Shown: positions 34,451-45,670, numbered from the stretch's first letter. The stretch: DNA of 64,000 nt from Gelidibacter sp. (GCF_039916245.1 NZ_JBDSLS010000108.1:1230-65229); one strand, 5' to 3'. The notes: a model not told the origin generated them from the letters alone. Translations and numbers: made by a program.

Positions 34451-36511
34451 ATGACACAAAATATTCAGCCGCCAAAAGTAAAAAAAGTACTTAAAACGTT
34501 AAGTGTACATGATGATGAACGTCGCGATGATTATTTTTGGTTAAATGACCGAGAAAATCAGGATGTTATTGATTACCTCAATGCTGAAAACGATTACTTT
34601 GACGCCGTCACTTCAAAATATAGAGACTTTGAAAATTCACTTTTTGAGGAAATGAAAGCTCGAATTAAGGAAGATGATGAATCAGTTCCTTATAAATATA
34701 ATGGCTATTGGTACATTGTTAAATATGAAGTTGGGAAGGATTACCCGATATATTTAAGAAAGAAAGATACCTTGGATAATCCAGATGAGTTGTTGTTTGA
34801 CTGTAATGTGATGGCTGAAGGGCATGACTATTTTAAATTGGTTGGCTTGAGTGTGAGTCCAGATAATACCATGATTGCATTTGGTCTGGACACTGTTGGA
34901 CGACGGAATTACACCTTGCAAATAAAGAGTTTAATTACCGATGAGATTTTCTTAGATGCCATTGAAAACACGACAGGTTCCGCAACTTGGGCCAATGACA
35001 ACAAAACATTATTCTATACCGTAAAGGACGAAAAAACACTGCGGTCTGACAAAGTTTTTAAACACAAATTAGGAAGTTCTTCAAGCAAGGATACATTAGT
35101 TTTTCATGAAGAAGACGATACGTTTGGTGTGGCTGTTTACAAATCGAAATCAAAAAAATATTTGATTATTGCCTGTTATAGCACATTGACCAACGAATAT
35201 TTTACCTTAAATGCCGATACACCTGATGGAGATTTCTCAGTGTTTCAAGAACGTGTTAGAGGATTGGAATATAGTATTTCACATTATGGTGATCAATTTT
35301 ATATTGTTACCAATGCCGATGGTGCTGTCAACTTTAAGTTAATGAAAACCCCTGAGAATGACACCAAATTTAATCATTGGACAGAGGTCATTCCGCATAG
35401 AGATTTGGTTTTATTGGAAGATATTGACATTTTTAAGGACTTTTTGGTGATCAGTGAGCGCACCAATGGTCTGAACCAAATTCGGATCAAACGATGGGAT
35501 AATACAGAAGATTATTATTTGCCATTTGATAACGAAACCTATACCGCTTACACTTCAACCAATGTCGATTTTGATACGGTAATCCTTCGTTATGGTTACA
35601 ACTCAATGACAACACCATCTTCCAGTATCGATTTTAATATGGTCACAAAGGAGAAAACCATTCTGAAAGAGCAGGAGGTTTTAGATCCTACCTTTGATAA
35701 GGATAATTATACTTCAGAACGAGTTTGGGCCACCGCAGATGACGGGACTAAAGTGCCAATTTCAATGGTGTATAAAAAAGGGATCAAAAAAGATGGTACA
35801 AATCCCGTATTGCTTTACGCCTATGGATCTTACGGACATACGATTGATCCTTATTTTTCCAGTCTTCGTTTAAGTTTAATGAATAGAGGTTTTATTTATG
35901 CCATTGCCCATGTCAGAGGCGGTGAGTATTTAGGCCGTATGTGGTACGAAGGCGGGAAATTGCTTCAAAAGAAAAACACCTTTACAGATTTTATCGCCTG
36001 TTCCAAGTTTCTAATCGCCCAAAACTACACCTCCTCACACCATTTGTATGCTTTAGGTGGAAGTGCCGGCGGCTTATTGATTGGCGCTGTCATTAATGAA
36101 GCACCAGAACTTTATAATGGCGTAATTGCGGCAGTTTCTTTTGTAGATGTATTGACTACCATGTTGGATGATTCGATACCATTGACCACAGGAGAATATG
36201 ACGAATGGGGAAATCCAAACGATAAAACCTATTATGAATACATGAAATCCTATTCACCTTATGATAATGTGAAAAAGCAGGATTACCCACATATCTTAAT
36301 TACGACAGGCCTGCATGATTCTCAAGTACAGTATTGGGAACCTGCAAAATGGGTGGCTAAGTTACGAGATTATAAAACCGATAACAATAAATTGTTGATG
36401 AAAACGAACATGAAAGCCGGCCATGGCGGGGCTTCAGGGCGTTTTGAATCCTTAAAAGAAGATGCGGAAGAATACGCTTTTTTGTTAGACTTAGAGAATA
36501 TTAATGTCTAA
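34451..36511 (+). CDS. ptrB: Oligopeptidase B (S9A)
   Basis: DDYFWL, YGSYG, HVRGG, GGSAGG nucleophile, GLHDSQV, AGHGG; -7 TACTTTTG 34420-34427. Confidence 0.9.
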   Translation: MTQNIQPPKVKKVLKTLSVHDDERRDDYFWLNDRENQDVIDYLNAENDYFDAVTSKYRDFENSLFEEMKARIKEDDESVPYKYNGYWYIVKYEVGKDYPIYLRKKDTLDNPDELLFDCNVMAEGHDYFKLVGLSVSPDNTMIAFGLDTVGRRNYTLQIKSLITDEIFLDAIENTTGSATWANDNKTLFYTVKDEKTLRSDKVFKHKLGSSSSKDTLVFHEEDDTFGVAVYKSKSKKYLIIACYSTLTNEYFTLNADTPDGDFSVFQERVRGLEYSISHYGDQFYIVTNADGAVNFKLMKTPENDTKFNHWTEVIPHRDLVLLEDIDIFKDFLVISERTNGLNQIRIKRWDNTEDYYLPFDNETYTAYTSTNVDFDTVILRYGYNSMTTPSSSIDFNMVTKEKTILKEQEVLDPTFDKDNYTSERVWATADDGTKVPISMVYKKGIKKDGTNPVLLYAYGSYGHTIDPYFSSLRLSLMNRGFIYAIAHVRGGEYLGRMWYEGGKLLQKKNTFTDFIACSKFLIAQNYTSSHHLYALGGSAGGLLIGAVINEAPELYNGVIAAVSFVDVLTTMLDDSIPLTTGEYDEWGNPNDKTYYEYMKSYSPYDNVKKQDYPHILITTGLHDSQVQYWEPAKWVAKLRDYKTDNNKLLMKTNMKAGHGGASGRFESLKEDAEEYAFLLDLENINV

Positions 36512-36670
36512 TTTAAAAAAATCCCGTACTTTTGCGGGGTTTGAGATTACATTTTCATAAATTGTAATCGTAAATAGGATTTATGAAATCGCGGTGTTCA
36601 TGGTTTATAATAAGAATTATACTTGATTTTCGCTATCCATAGGTCCTATTGAAAAGAATAAGAAACACGT

Positions 36671-37711
36671 ATGAAAAAAAATATTCAAGTATTTGATAAT
36701 GTATTGCAACTCATAGGTAATACCCCTCTTATCAAATTGAACAAGATGACAGCTGACTATAATGGTGAGTTTTATGCCAAAGTAGAAGCTTTTAATCCAG
36801 GTCACTCCTCTAAAGACCGAATTGCACTGCACATTATTGAAGAAGCCGAAAGACAAGGCATATTGTCACCAGGAGATACGATTATAGAAACAACGTCTGG
36901 CAATACAGGCTTTAGCATAGCCATGGTGAGTATCATTAAAGGCTACAAATGTATTCTTGCGGTAAGTTCAAAATCATCGGGAGATAAAATAGACATGCTA
37001 AAAGCAATGGGTGCACAGGTTTATGTGTGTCCTGCTCATGTGAGTGCCGATGATCCGAGATCTTATTATGAAGTTGCAAAACGCTTGCATGAAGAAACCA
37101 AAGGATCTATCTATATTAATCAATATTTTAATCAGTTAAATATTGATGCACATTATAACAGTACAGGTCCTGAGATTTGGACACAAACTGAAGGTGTAAT
37201 AACACATTTAGTAGCCTGTAGTGGTACAGGAGGAACAATTTCTGGGACTGCTAAATACTTGAAAGAACAAAATCCAAACATAAAAGTCATAGGTGTTGAT
37301 GCTTATGGTTCTGTCTTGAAAAAATACCACGAAACCCGTGAGTTTGATAAAGATGAAATATATCCGTATCGCATTGAAGGTTTAGGAAAAAATTTGATTC
37401 CTACAGCTACAGATTTTGATTTGATTGATGAGTTCATTAAGGTTACTGACGAAGAAAGCGCCCATACCGCTCGTGAGATATCACGTGAAGAAGGTTTGTT
37501 TGTTGGTTATACAAGTGGTGCAGCAATGCAAGCTATAAAACAATTGAATGAAGCCGGAGAATTTAAACCAGGTGATAAGGTGGTAGTCATCTTTCCTGAC
37601 CATGGATCGCGATACATGAGCAAGGTTTATAGCGACAAATGGATGGAAGAGCAAGGCTTTTTTGACAGTAAAAAGGTCTCTACTTTGGAGACTATCCAAT
37701 ATATTAAATAG
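36671..37711 (+). CDS. PLP-dependent cysteine synthase/CBS family enzyme; probable cysteate synthase (CapA-like)
   Basis: [41 protein letters not shown]; adjacent to the CapB-like gene. Confidence 0.75.
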   Translation: MKKNIQVFDNVLQLIGNTPLIKLNKMTADYNGEFYAKVEAFNPGHSSKDRIALHIIEEAERQGILSPGDTIIETTSGNTGFSIAMVSIIKGYKCILAVSSKSSGDKIDMLKAMGAQVYVCPAHVSADDPRSYYEVAKRLHEETKGSIYINQYFNQLNIDAHYNSTGPEIWTQTEGVITHLVACSGTGGTISGTAKYLKEQNPNIKVIGVDAYGSVLKKYHETREFDKDEIYPYRIEGLGKNLIPTATDFDLIDEFIKVTDEESAHTAREISREEGLFVGYTSGAAMQAIKQLNEAGEFKPGDKVVVIFPDHGSRYMSKVYSDKWMEEQGFFDSKKVSTLETIQYIK

Positions 37712-37936
37712 TTGAACTACAGCTAGATAATCCTATTGCGTAATTCGGTGTTGTGGGATTTTTTGTGGATGAAAATCTTATAAACAGCGGTTTATAACTA
37801 AATTATGCAATGAGTAGATATTTAGTTAATTTTGCACAAATTAATAAAGCTAACTAAAGATGATAGCGCATGGCTCTCAAACTTACATAAAGGTTGATTG
37901 AAATGGCGGCGTATGTCCGAAAAACATTAAGATTAC

Positions 37937-39196
37937 ATGAAAGACTTATTTGATAGAATTTACAGAGACAAAGGTCCTCTTGGTAAATGGGCTTCACAAG
38001 CTGAAGGCTATTTTGTATTTCCTAAATTGGAAGGTCAAATCTCTAACCGCATGAAATTTCGCGGGCAAGATGTTATTACTTGGAGTATCAATGACTATTT
38101 AGGATTGGCAAATCATCCTGAAGTCAGAAAAACGGACGCTCAAGCTGCCGCTGATTATGGCTCGGCGTACCCAATGGGCGCGCGAATGATGTCTGGTCAT
38201 ACTGATCTTCACGAAGTCTTACAAAATGAGTTGGCTGAATTCGTAAACAAAGAAGCTGCTTATCTTTTGAATTTTGGTTATCAAGGTATGGTTTCGACCA
38301 TTGATGCTTTGGTAGGCAAGGACGATATTATCGTTTATGATGTGGATGCGCACGCCTGTATTATTGATGGTGTACGTTTGCATATGGGTAAACGTTTTAC
38401 CTATAAGCACAATGATGTTGAAAGCTTAGAGAAGAATTTGGAACGTGCTACAAAAATGGCAGAACAGACAGGCGGAGGAATTTTAGTGATTTCTGAAGGT
38501 GTGTTTGGAATGCGTGGTGAACAAGGTCGTTTAAAAGAAATCGTTGAACTTAAGAAAAAGTTTAATTTCCGATTTTTAGTAGATGATGCTCACGGTTTTG
38601 GAACGCTTGGTAAAACAGGTGCTGGAGCAGGTGAGGAGCAAGGCGTTCAAGACGGTATTGATGTGTACTTCGCAACGTTTGCAAAATCTTTAGCAAGTAC
38701 AGGAGCATTTATTGCCGCAGATCAAGAAATTATTGATTACCTAAAATATAATTTGCGTTCACAAATGTTTGCGAAGTCGCTACAAATGCAATTAGTAGTT
38801 GGCGCTCGTAAACGTTTAGAAATGTTGAAAACGATGCCAGAATTGAAAGCAAAGCTATGGGAAAACACCAATGCTTTACAGTCTGGACTTAAAGAACGCG
38901 GTTTCGACATTGGTACCACGCAAAGTTGTGTCACTCCGGTATATTTAAAAGGAAGCATTCCTGAAGCCATGGCTTTAGTAAAGGATTTACGTGAAAACCA
39001 CGGCATTTTCTGTTCTATTGTAGTCTATCCTGTGATTCCGAAAGGATTAATCTTGTTGAGAATGATTCCAACAGCAACACATGATATCACCGACATCAAT
39101 GAAACTTTAGAAGCTTTTGAAGTTATCAGAACCCGTTTGGAAAATGGTACTTATAAAAGACTGTCAGCATCAGTTGCTGCGGCTATGGGAGAATAA
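37937..39196 (+). CDS. Alpha-oxoamine synthase family PLP enzyme; probable cysteate C-acyltransferase (CapB/SulA-like)
   Basis: NDYLGLA, GYQ, HND, EGVFGM, DDAHG, TFAKS; N-terminal GYFVFPKLEG and MGARMMSG resemble sulfonolipid SulA/CapB as I recall them. Confidence 0.75.
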   Translation: MKDLFDRIYRDKGPLGKWASQAEGYFVFPKLEGQISNRMKFRGQDVITWSINDYLGLANHPEVRKTDAQAAADYGSAYPMGARMMSGHTDLHEVLQNELAEFVNKEAAYLLNFGYQGMVSTIDALVGKDDIIVYDVDAHACIIDGVRLHMGKRFTYKHNDVESLEKNLERATKMAEQTGGGILVISEGVFGMRGEQGRLKEIVELKKKFNFRFLVDDAHGFGTLGKTGAGAGEEQGVQDGIDVYFATFAKSLASTGAFIAADQEIIDYLKYNLRSQMFAKSLQMQLVVGARKRLEMLKTMPELKAKLWENTNALQSGLKERGFDIGTTQSCVTPVYLKGSIPEAMALVKDLRENHGIFCSIVVYPVIPKGLILLRMIPTATHDITDINETLEAFEVIRTRLENGTYKRLSASVAAAMGE

Positions 39197-39231
39197 TATC
39201 CTCTAAATCCCCGAAAGGGATTTTGAAACAT

Positions 39232-39266
39232 AAAAATCCAGTTCTTATTGAGAACTGGATTTTTTT
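39232..39266. terminator. Bidirectional intrinsic terminator
   Basis: AAAAATCCAGTTCT-tattg-AGAACTGGATTTTTTT. Confidence 0.85.
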
Positions 39267-39267
39267 A

Positions 39268-39756
39268 TTATTTGGCACTAGGAATAAACTCCAGGGCTAC
39301 CCCATTGATGCAATGACGTTTTCCTGTGGTTGCTTTTGGGCCGTCATTAAAAACGTGACCTAAGTGGCCGCCACATGTTGCACAATGTTCTTCGATGCCC
39401 ATATAGGCATTGCCACCTTTTTCAAATGCGACATTGCCTTCAATAACACGGTCAAAACTTGGCCAACCGGTTCCGGAATCAAACTTGTTTTCGCTTTTAT
39501 AGAGTGGCGTTTTACAGGCTGCGCAGACATAAACTCCCGGTTGGAAATTTTTATCTAACGGACTTGAGAATGCGGGTTCAGTTCCTCCTTGTCTTAGTAC
39601 ACGGAATTGCTCGGCGCTTAATTCAGCCTTCCATTCGGCGTCTGATTTTGTGACTTTATATTCTTTATTTTGAGCTGTTTTGCTATCTTTTTTTTGGGCT
39701 GAACTATTGCAGCTAAAAATAAGACTGAATAAAACTATAAATGGCAGTGTTTTCAT
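39268..39756 (-). CDS. msrB: Peptide-methionine (R)-S-oxide reductase, lipoprotein
   Basis: Lipobox IFSC; GTE, CAAC, KFDSGTGWPSF, CATC, HLGHVF, RHCIN. Confidence 0.92.
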   Translation of the reverse strand: MKTLPFIVLFSLIFSCNSSAQKKDSKTAQNKEYKVTKSDAEWKAELSAEQFRVLRQGGTEPAFSSPLDKNFQPGVYVCAACKTPLYKSENKFDSGTGWPSFDRVIEGNVAFEKGGNAYMGIEEHCATCGGHLGHVFNDGPKATTGKRHCINGVALEFIPSAK

Positions 39757-39939
39757 AATGATGGATTTGTGATTTTAATATTAAGTCGAATGGTATTATG
39801 TTTCCTTTCTCAATAAAGTGTTAAGATAATCACTAGGATTTTAAATCGCTATTTCTTGTGACTTCGTTTACCTAATTTTAGTACTTTAGGTTTTTATTTA
39901 TCATCTATTAACATAATTTAACCCTCTTAAGCCTTAAAT

Positions 39940-42066
39940 ATGCCGAAAGTAATGCCTTGTAGTCGTTTTACCGATTTTGATATCAATCTGTTTTTGGCTG
40001 GAAAGCATTTCAGGCTTTATGAAAAATTTGGATCTCATATTATGGAGCATGAGGGGGTCAGAGGCACCTATTTTGCCGTTTGGGCTCCCAGTGCCAAAAA
40101 AGTTTCTGTGGTTGGTGATTTTAATGATTGGAAGGAAAATGTACACGAACTGAATGTTAGATGGGATAAAAGCGGTGTTTGGGAAGGTTTTATTCCGAAT
40201 GTTGGAAAAGGGAATATCTACAAATACAAAATCACAAGCCATCATAACAATATAAAAACAGAAAAGGCCGATCCGTATGCACGTCGTTCGGAACATCCAC
40301 CTCACACCGCATCTATTGTTTGGGAAGATCACTATCAATGGAAGGATGAGAATTGGATGTCCAAACGTAAAAAAAATAATGCATTGGACGCACCACACTC
40401 TGTTTATGAAGTGCATTTAGGGTCTTGGAAACGTCATGAAACCGAAGACAGATTTATGTCTTATGTCGAGTTAGCCGATGATCTTGTGACGTATGTAAAA
40501 AAAATGAAATTTACCCATGTAGAGCTGATGCCTATTATGGAATTTCCATACGATCCCAGTTGGGGCTATCAAATTACGGGATATTTTGCGCCGACCTCAC
40601 GTTTTGGTTATCCGGAGGAATTCAAGTTTTTAGTGGACACACTTCATAAAAACGACATTGGCGTCCTTTTGGATTGGGTGCCTTCTCATTTTCCGGAAGA
40701 TGCCCATGGATTAGGCTATTTTGACGGCTCTTGTTTGTATGAACATCCTGATAGACGTAAAGGCTATCATCACGACTGGAAAAGCTTGATCTTTAATTAC
40801 GGTCGTAATGAAGTGAAATCTTTTTTGATCAGTAATGCACTTTTTTGGTTCGATCAATACCATGCGGACGGGTTGCGAGTAGATGCCGTGGCTTCCATGT
40901 TGTTTTTGGATTATTCCAGAAAGGACGGGGAGTGGGAGCCAAACATACATGGGGGAAGAGAGAATTTGGATGCTGTTGCTTTTATTAAGGAGATGAATGA
41001 AGCGGTGTATTCCAATTATCCAGATGTCCAGAATATCGCTGAAGAATCCACCGCATTTCCGATGGTTTCGCGGCCGACATTTTCTGGCGGACTCGGTTTT
41101 GGGATGAAATGGATGATGGGGTGGATGCACGATACACTTGAATATTTCAGTAAACCACCAATTTACAGACAATACCATCAAAATGACCTGACATTTTCAA
41201 TGACCTATGCGTTTTCTGAAAACTTTATGCTGCCCTTAAGCCATGACGAAGTGGTTTATGGCAAGCGTTCCATTTTAGGACGAATGCCCGGTGATGAATG
41301 GCAACGGTTTGCTAATTTAAGATTGTTGTACAGTTATATGTTTACGCATCCTGGAGGTAAGTTGCTTTTTATGGGCTGTGAATTTGGACAGAGCAATGAA
41401 TGGAATTTCAGACAAAGTTTGGATTGGCATTTGTTGGATTCCCAATACCATCAAGGCATTCAGAATCTGATCATAGATTTGAATAATTTGTATCGAACGG
41501 AGCCCGCCATGTATGAGCAACAATTTTCTGGCGAAGGTTTTGAATGGATTGCCTATGATGATCATAAAAACTCAGTTTTGGTTTACATGAGAAAAGGGAA
41601 GGATCCTAAGGATGTCGTCATTGTGGCCTGTAATATGACACCTATACCAATGATAACCTATGGCATTGGTGTTCCTCACAAAGGTAAACTTGAAGAGATT
41701 TTCAACAGTGATGCCATGGCTTACAATGGAACGGGCGATTTTAAGAACAAAGTGTTTACGGCTAAAAAAGCAGTATTGCATAATCGGGGTTATTCCGCAG
41801 AAATTACTATTCCGCCATTGGGAATGGTCGCTTTTAAATATGTTGAAATGATTCAATCCTCCAAAAAACATTTAAATAAATCAGTAGAAAAAAAGGATGT
41901 GAAAGTTATTAAAAGTTCGAACAAGAAAGTCGGCAAACTTATATCCGAACCGAATAGTTCATCTAAGGAAAAGGATAAGAAAAATACTGATGAAACCAAA
42001 AATAAAATTCAAGTGGCAGATAAGTCTCCCAAAGTTATATCTTCCGAAAAACGAATAAAAAAGTGA
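39940..42066 (+). CDS. glgB: 1,4-alpha-glucan branching enzyme with a Lys-rich C-terminal extension
   Basis: FAVWAP, KADPYA, YEVHLGSW, LDWVPSHF, GLRVDAVASM, AEEST, LSHDEVV. Confidence 0.95.
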   Translation: MPKVMPCSRFTDFDINLFLAGKHFRLYEKFGSHIMEHEGVRGTYFAVWAPSAKKVSVVGDFNDWKENVHELNVRWDKSGVWEGFIPNVGKGNIYKYKITSHHNNIKTEKADPYARRSEHPPHTASIVWEDHYQWKDENWMSKRKKNNALDAPHSVYEVHLGSWKRHETEDRFMSYVELADDLVTYVKKMKFTHVELMPIMEFPYDPSWGYQITGYFAPTSRFGYPEEFKFLVDTLHKNDIGVLLDWVPSHFPEDAHGLGYFDGSCLYEHPDRRKGYHHDWKSLIFNYGRNEVKSFLISNALFWFDQYHADGLRVDAVASMLFLDYSRKDGEWEPNIHGGRENLDAVAFIKEMNEAVYSNYPDVQNIAEESTAFPMVSRPTFSGGLGFGMKWMMGWMHDTLEYFSKPPIYRQYHQNDLTFSMTYAFSENFMLPLSHDEVVYGKRSILGRMPGDEWQRFANLRLLYSYMFTHPGGKLLFMGCEFGQSNEWNFRQSLDWHLLDSQYHQGIQNLIIDLNNLYRTEPAMYEQQFSGEGFEWIAYDDHKNSVLVYMRKGKDPKDVVIVACNMTPIPMITYGIGVPHKGKLEEIFNSDAMAYNGTGDFKNKVFTAKKAVLHNRGYSAEITIPPLGMVAFKYVEMIQSSKKHLNKSVEKKDVKVIKSSNKKVGKLISEPNSSSKEKDKKNTDETKNKIQVADKSPKVISSEKRIKK

Positions 42067-42265
42067 CTAATTAAAAACCAACAAAAAACGACTACAAAAT
42101 CGAGTGCAACCAAGGTAATCACTAAGAAAATTGGCAAAAAACAATAACTGTCAATCCTATTTCATCAATTACACAAAACTCAAACGTTATAGTTGATAAG
42201 TACTATTAACTTAAGTTTTATATGTATAATCTTATGCGTTTTTTTGTGAGATTTAATAGCAAATT

Positions 42266-44671
42266 ATGATTGTAAATACTGAATTAGAAAATAAAGGGAA
42301 TTTATTCCCATCGAAAATAATAGCTTATAAAAAAGATGTAGACACACTTTATTTTTCAACAGATAATGATGTGGTTCTTGAAATGACCATTTTAAGGGAT
42401 AGTGTGATCCGTTTCAGATATACGACTACGGGCACCTTTGAAAAGGATTTCTCTTATGCCATTACAAAATATGCCAGTAAAGGTTTTAACCATCTTGAAA
42501 TTGAAGATGAGGCCGAATCCTATAAGGTTACGACATCAAAACTCATCTGCCATATTAGAAAAGACGATTTAAAAGTTCACATTTTTGATGCCAAAGACCA
42601 TAAACTCATCAATGAAGACGAATTGGGATTTCATTGGGAAGAAAGCTATGAATATGGTGGGAACATCGTGAAAATGAGCAAAATCTCTCATGATGGCGAA
42701 AGTTATTATGGGCTTGGTGATAAACCTGAGGAGCTCAATTTAAAAGGCAAACGTTTTGAAAACTGGGTTTCGGATAGTTACGCCTTCGGAAAAGGGACGG
42801 ATCCTATCTATAAGGCCATTCCGTTTTACACGGGCTTGCATAATAAAAAAGCGTACGGAATTTTCTTTGACAACAGCTTCAGATCTTATTTTGATTTTTC
42901 TCAAGAAAGACGGAATGTTACCAGTTTCTGGGCGCAAGGTGGTGAAATGAATTATTATTTCATCTACGGTCCTCAAATGGAAGATGTCGTTGCCAATTAT
43001 ACGGATTTGACAGGGAAACCACACCAATTGCCGCCATTATGGGCTTTAGGTTTCCATCAATGTAAGTGGAGTTATTATCCGGAATCTACTGTAAAAGAAA
43101 TCACCCAAAAGTTTAGAGATTTAAAGATTCCTTGTGATGCCATCTATTTGGACATTGACTATATGGATGGCTTTAGATGTTTTACTTGGGATAAAAATAA
43201 ATTTCCTGATCCGAAACGCATGGTTAAGGAATTATTGGATGATGGTTTTAAAACCGTCGTCATTATTGATCCAGGAATTAAAATCGATAAAGATTATTCT
43301 GTTTTTACCGAGGCTGTTGAAAATGATTATTTCTGTAAACGCGCCGATGGCCCTTTTATGAAAGGTAAAGTGTGGCCTGGAGAATGTTATTTTCCAGATT
43401 TTACAAATAAAAAAGTACGTGATTGGTGGTCGGATTTATTCAGGGAATTGGTTGAGGATGTCGGCGTTAGAGGGGTTTGGAATGATATGAACGAGCCTGC
43501 CGTTATGGAAGTGCCTAACAAGACATTTCCCGATGATGTACGTCATGACTATGATGGGAATCACTGCAGTCATAGGAAAGCGCATAATATCTATGGAATG
43601 CAAATGGCAAGAGCTACTTACCAAGGCGTGAAGAAATTTGTGTATCCAAAACGTCCATTTGTCATCACACGTGCAGCCTATTCAGGGACGCAACGCTATT
43701 GCTCGACATGGACAGGAGATAACATTGCTTCTTGGGAGCATTTATGGATTGCCAATGTTCAGGCACAGCGTATGGCGATGTCAGGATTTTCATTTGCTGG
43801 CAGCGATATTGGAGGATTCGCCGAGCAGCCTAGTGGTGAACTATTTACACGTTGGATCCAATTAGGTGTTTTCCATCCATTTTGTAGAGTGCATTCTTCA
43901 GGAGATCATGGCAATCAGGAGCCATGGACTTTTGATGAGGACGTGACCAATATTGTTCGTAAATTCATTGAATTACGCATGCAGTTATTACCTTATTTAT
44001 ATACTTCCTTTTGGAAATATGTGGAAGAAGGTACGCCAATGCTAAAATCGTTAGTGTTATTTGATCAGGACGACGTGCATACACATTACAGATCTGATGA
44101 ATTTATTTATGGTGAACACTTGTTGGTTTGCCCAATTTTAGAGGCAAATGCTCGCGGCAGACGTATGTTTGTGCCACGTGGCGAATGGTTTAACTATTGG
44201 ACGGATCAATTGGTATCTGGTGGAAAGGAAATGTGGGTGGATGCGGATATTGAAACCATTCCAATTTTTGTAAAAGCAGGAGCGATTATTCCAAAATATC
44301 CGATCCAACAATATGTTGGCGAAATTGATATTGAGGAAGTGACCTTGGACGTTTATTTTAAAAACGGAAAGGAAGCTTCTTCCTTATATGATGATGCGCA
44401 CGATGGTTATGATTATACCAAAGGTCGTTTTAGTTTACGTACGTTTAAATTGACTGGAAAATCAGACGAACTTATTATCCAACAGCATAAGGAAGGAAAA
44501 TACGATGCCGGTTACCAAAAATTTAAAATTAAGTTTCACGGACTTCCGTTTACCGTGAGCAAGCTTCAGGTTGACAACGAAGAAATTCCTTTAAGTGACG
44601 TCAAAATGAATGGTGACAATACGATGATCGTCGAAAAAGGGTTTTCGGAATTGCATATTTTTGGAAAATAG
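42266..44671 (+). CDS. Glycoside hydrolase family 31 (alpha-glucosidase)
   Basis: LDIDYMD, WNDMNEP nucleophile, WTGDN, GSDIGGF, ELFTRW. Confidence 0.92.
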   Translation: MIVNTELENKGNLFPSKIIAYKKDVDTLYFSTDNDVVLEMTILRDSVIRFRYTTTGTFEKDFSYAITKYASKGFNHLEIEDEAESYKVTTSKLICHIRKDDLKVHIFDAKDHKLINEDELGFHWEESYEYGGNIVKMSKISHDGESYYGLGDKPEELNLKGKRFENWVSDSYAFGKGTDPIYKAIPFYTGLHNKKAYGIFFDNSFRSYFDFSQERRNVTSFWAQGGEMNYYFIYGPQMEDVVANYTDLTGKPHQLPPLWALGFHQCKWSYYPESTVKEITQKFRDLKIPCDAIYLDIDYMDGFRCFTWDKNKFPDPKRMVKELLDDGFKTVVIIDPGIKIDKDYSVFTEAVENDYFCKRADGPFMKGKVWPGECYFPDFTNKKVRDWWSDLFRELVEDVGVRGVWNDMNEPAVMEVPNKTFPDDVRHDYDGNHCSHRKAHNIYGMQMARATYQGVKKFVYPKRPFVITRAAYSGTQRYCSTWTGDNIASWEHLWIANVQAQRMAMSGFSFAGSDIGGFAEQPSGELFTRWIQLGVFHPFCRVHSSGDHGNQEPWTFDEDVTNIVRKFIELRMQLLPYLYTSFWKYVEEGTPMLKSLVLFDQDDVHTHYRSDEFIYGEHLLVCPILEANARGRRMFVPRGEWFNYWTDQLVSGGKEMWVDADIETIPIFVKAGAIIPKYPIQQYVGEIDIEEVTLDVYFKNGKEASSLYDDAHDGYDYTKGRFSLRTFKLTGKSDELIIQQHKEGKYDAGYQKFKIKFHGLPFTVSKLQVDNEEIPLSDVKMNGDNTMIVEKGFSELHIFGK

Positions 44672-44776
44672 GAGGTTACAATAAATTTATAAAGCTAAAA
44701 CAATTTCGATTTGAATTAACTCATTAGTTATTTTTCGTGTAATTTTATCCCATAAAATATTTTAAAGAATTATAAA

Positions 44777-45595
44777 ATGAAATATAAAAATTCAATAGTA
44801 GCGATGGGTGGTTTGGCACTTTTTTTATCTTGTGCTACAAATCCATTTACAGGAAGTAAGACGTTAGCGCTTGTGCCTAACTCTCAGCTTTTCCCAACCG
44901 CTTTTGCGCAATATGATCAATTTTTAACTGAACACAAGATCATAAAAGGCACAAAAGATGCAGAAATGGTTAAACGTGTCGGTCAGAAAATAGCCGTCGC
45001 CGCTGAGCGCTGGTTAGATGCTAACGGCTATCAAGGGTATTTAAAAGATTACAAATGGGAATACAATCTGGTAGAAGATAAAACCGTAAACGCTTGGTGT
45101 ATGCCAGGTGGTAAAATTGTCGTATATACAGGTATTTTACCAATAGCAAAAGATGAAGCAGGATTAGCTGCCATTATGGGTCATGAAGTGTCACACGCCC
45201 TTGCTAACCATGGACAGCAACGTATGAGTGCGGGAATGGTTCAGCAATTAGGATCTGTTGCTGGGAATGTTGTGATTAAAGATCAAGAAACTTTAAATCT
45301 GTTTAACCAAGCTTATGGTATTGGATCTGAAGTAGGATTAATGTTGCCATTTAGTCGAAGCCATGAAACAGAAGCCGATGAAATCGGTCTATATTTAATG
45401 GCCATTGCAGGCTATGAGCCGATGGAAGCGGCGAACTTATGGAGACGTATGAGCGCACAAAGTGGAGGACAAGCACCACCTGAATTTTTGAGCACGCACC
45501 CTGCCAATGAAACACGTATCAGAAACATTGAAGCACACGCTGCTAAAGCAAAAGAAGAAGCCAGAAAATTTGGAGTGACTACTTTTAAAAGTTAA
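44777..45595 (+). CDS. M48 family metallopeptidase, lipoprotein
   Basis: Lipobox FLSC; VNAWCMPGG; HEVSH; FSRSHETEAD; LSTHP. Confidence 0.9.
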   Translation: MKYKNSIVAMGGLALFLSCATNPFTGSKTLALVPNSQLFPTAFAQYDQFLTEHKIIKGTKDAEMVKRVGQKIAVAAERWLDANGYQGYLKDYKWEYNLVEDKTVNAWCMPGGKIVVYTGILPIAKDEAGLAAIMGHEVSHALANHGQQRMSAGMVQQLGSVAGNVVIKDQETLNLFNQAYGIGSEVGLMLPFSRSHETEADEIGLYLMAIAGYEPMEAANLWRRMSAQSGGQAPPEFLSTHPANETRIRNIEAHAAKAKEEARKFGVTTFKS

Positions 45596-45628
45596 TCCAT
45601 CTCTGTTTTAAAATAAATATCTATTTTT

Positions 45629-45670
45629 AAAAGCTGTTCTATTCCAAAATTGGAGCGAACAGCTTTTTTT
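45629..45670. terminator. Intrinsic terminator
   Basis: AAAAGCTGTTC...GAACAGCTTTTTTT. Confidence 0.7.

Noticed and set aside
39205-39223. Hairpin AAATCCC-cgaaa-GGGATTT after the CapB-like gene
   Set aside because: It is a single copy in this window, so it cannot be called a repeat family from this sequence alone.
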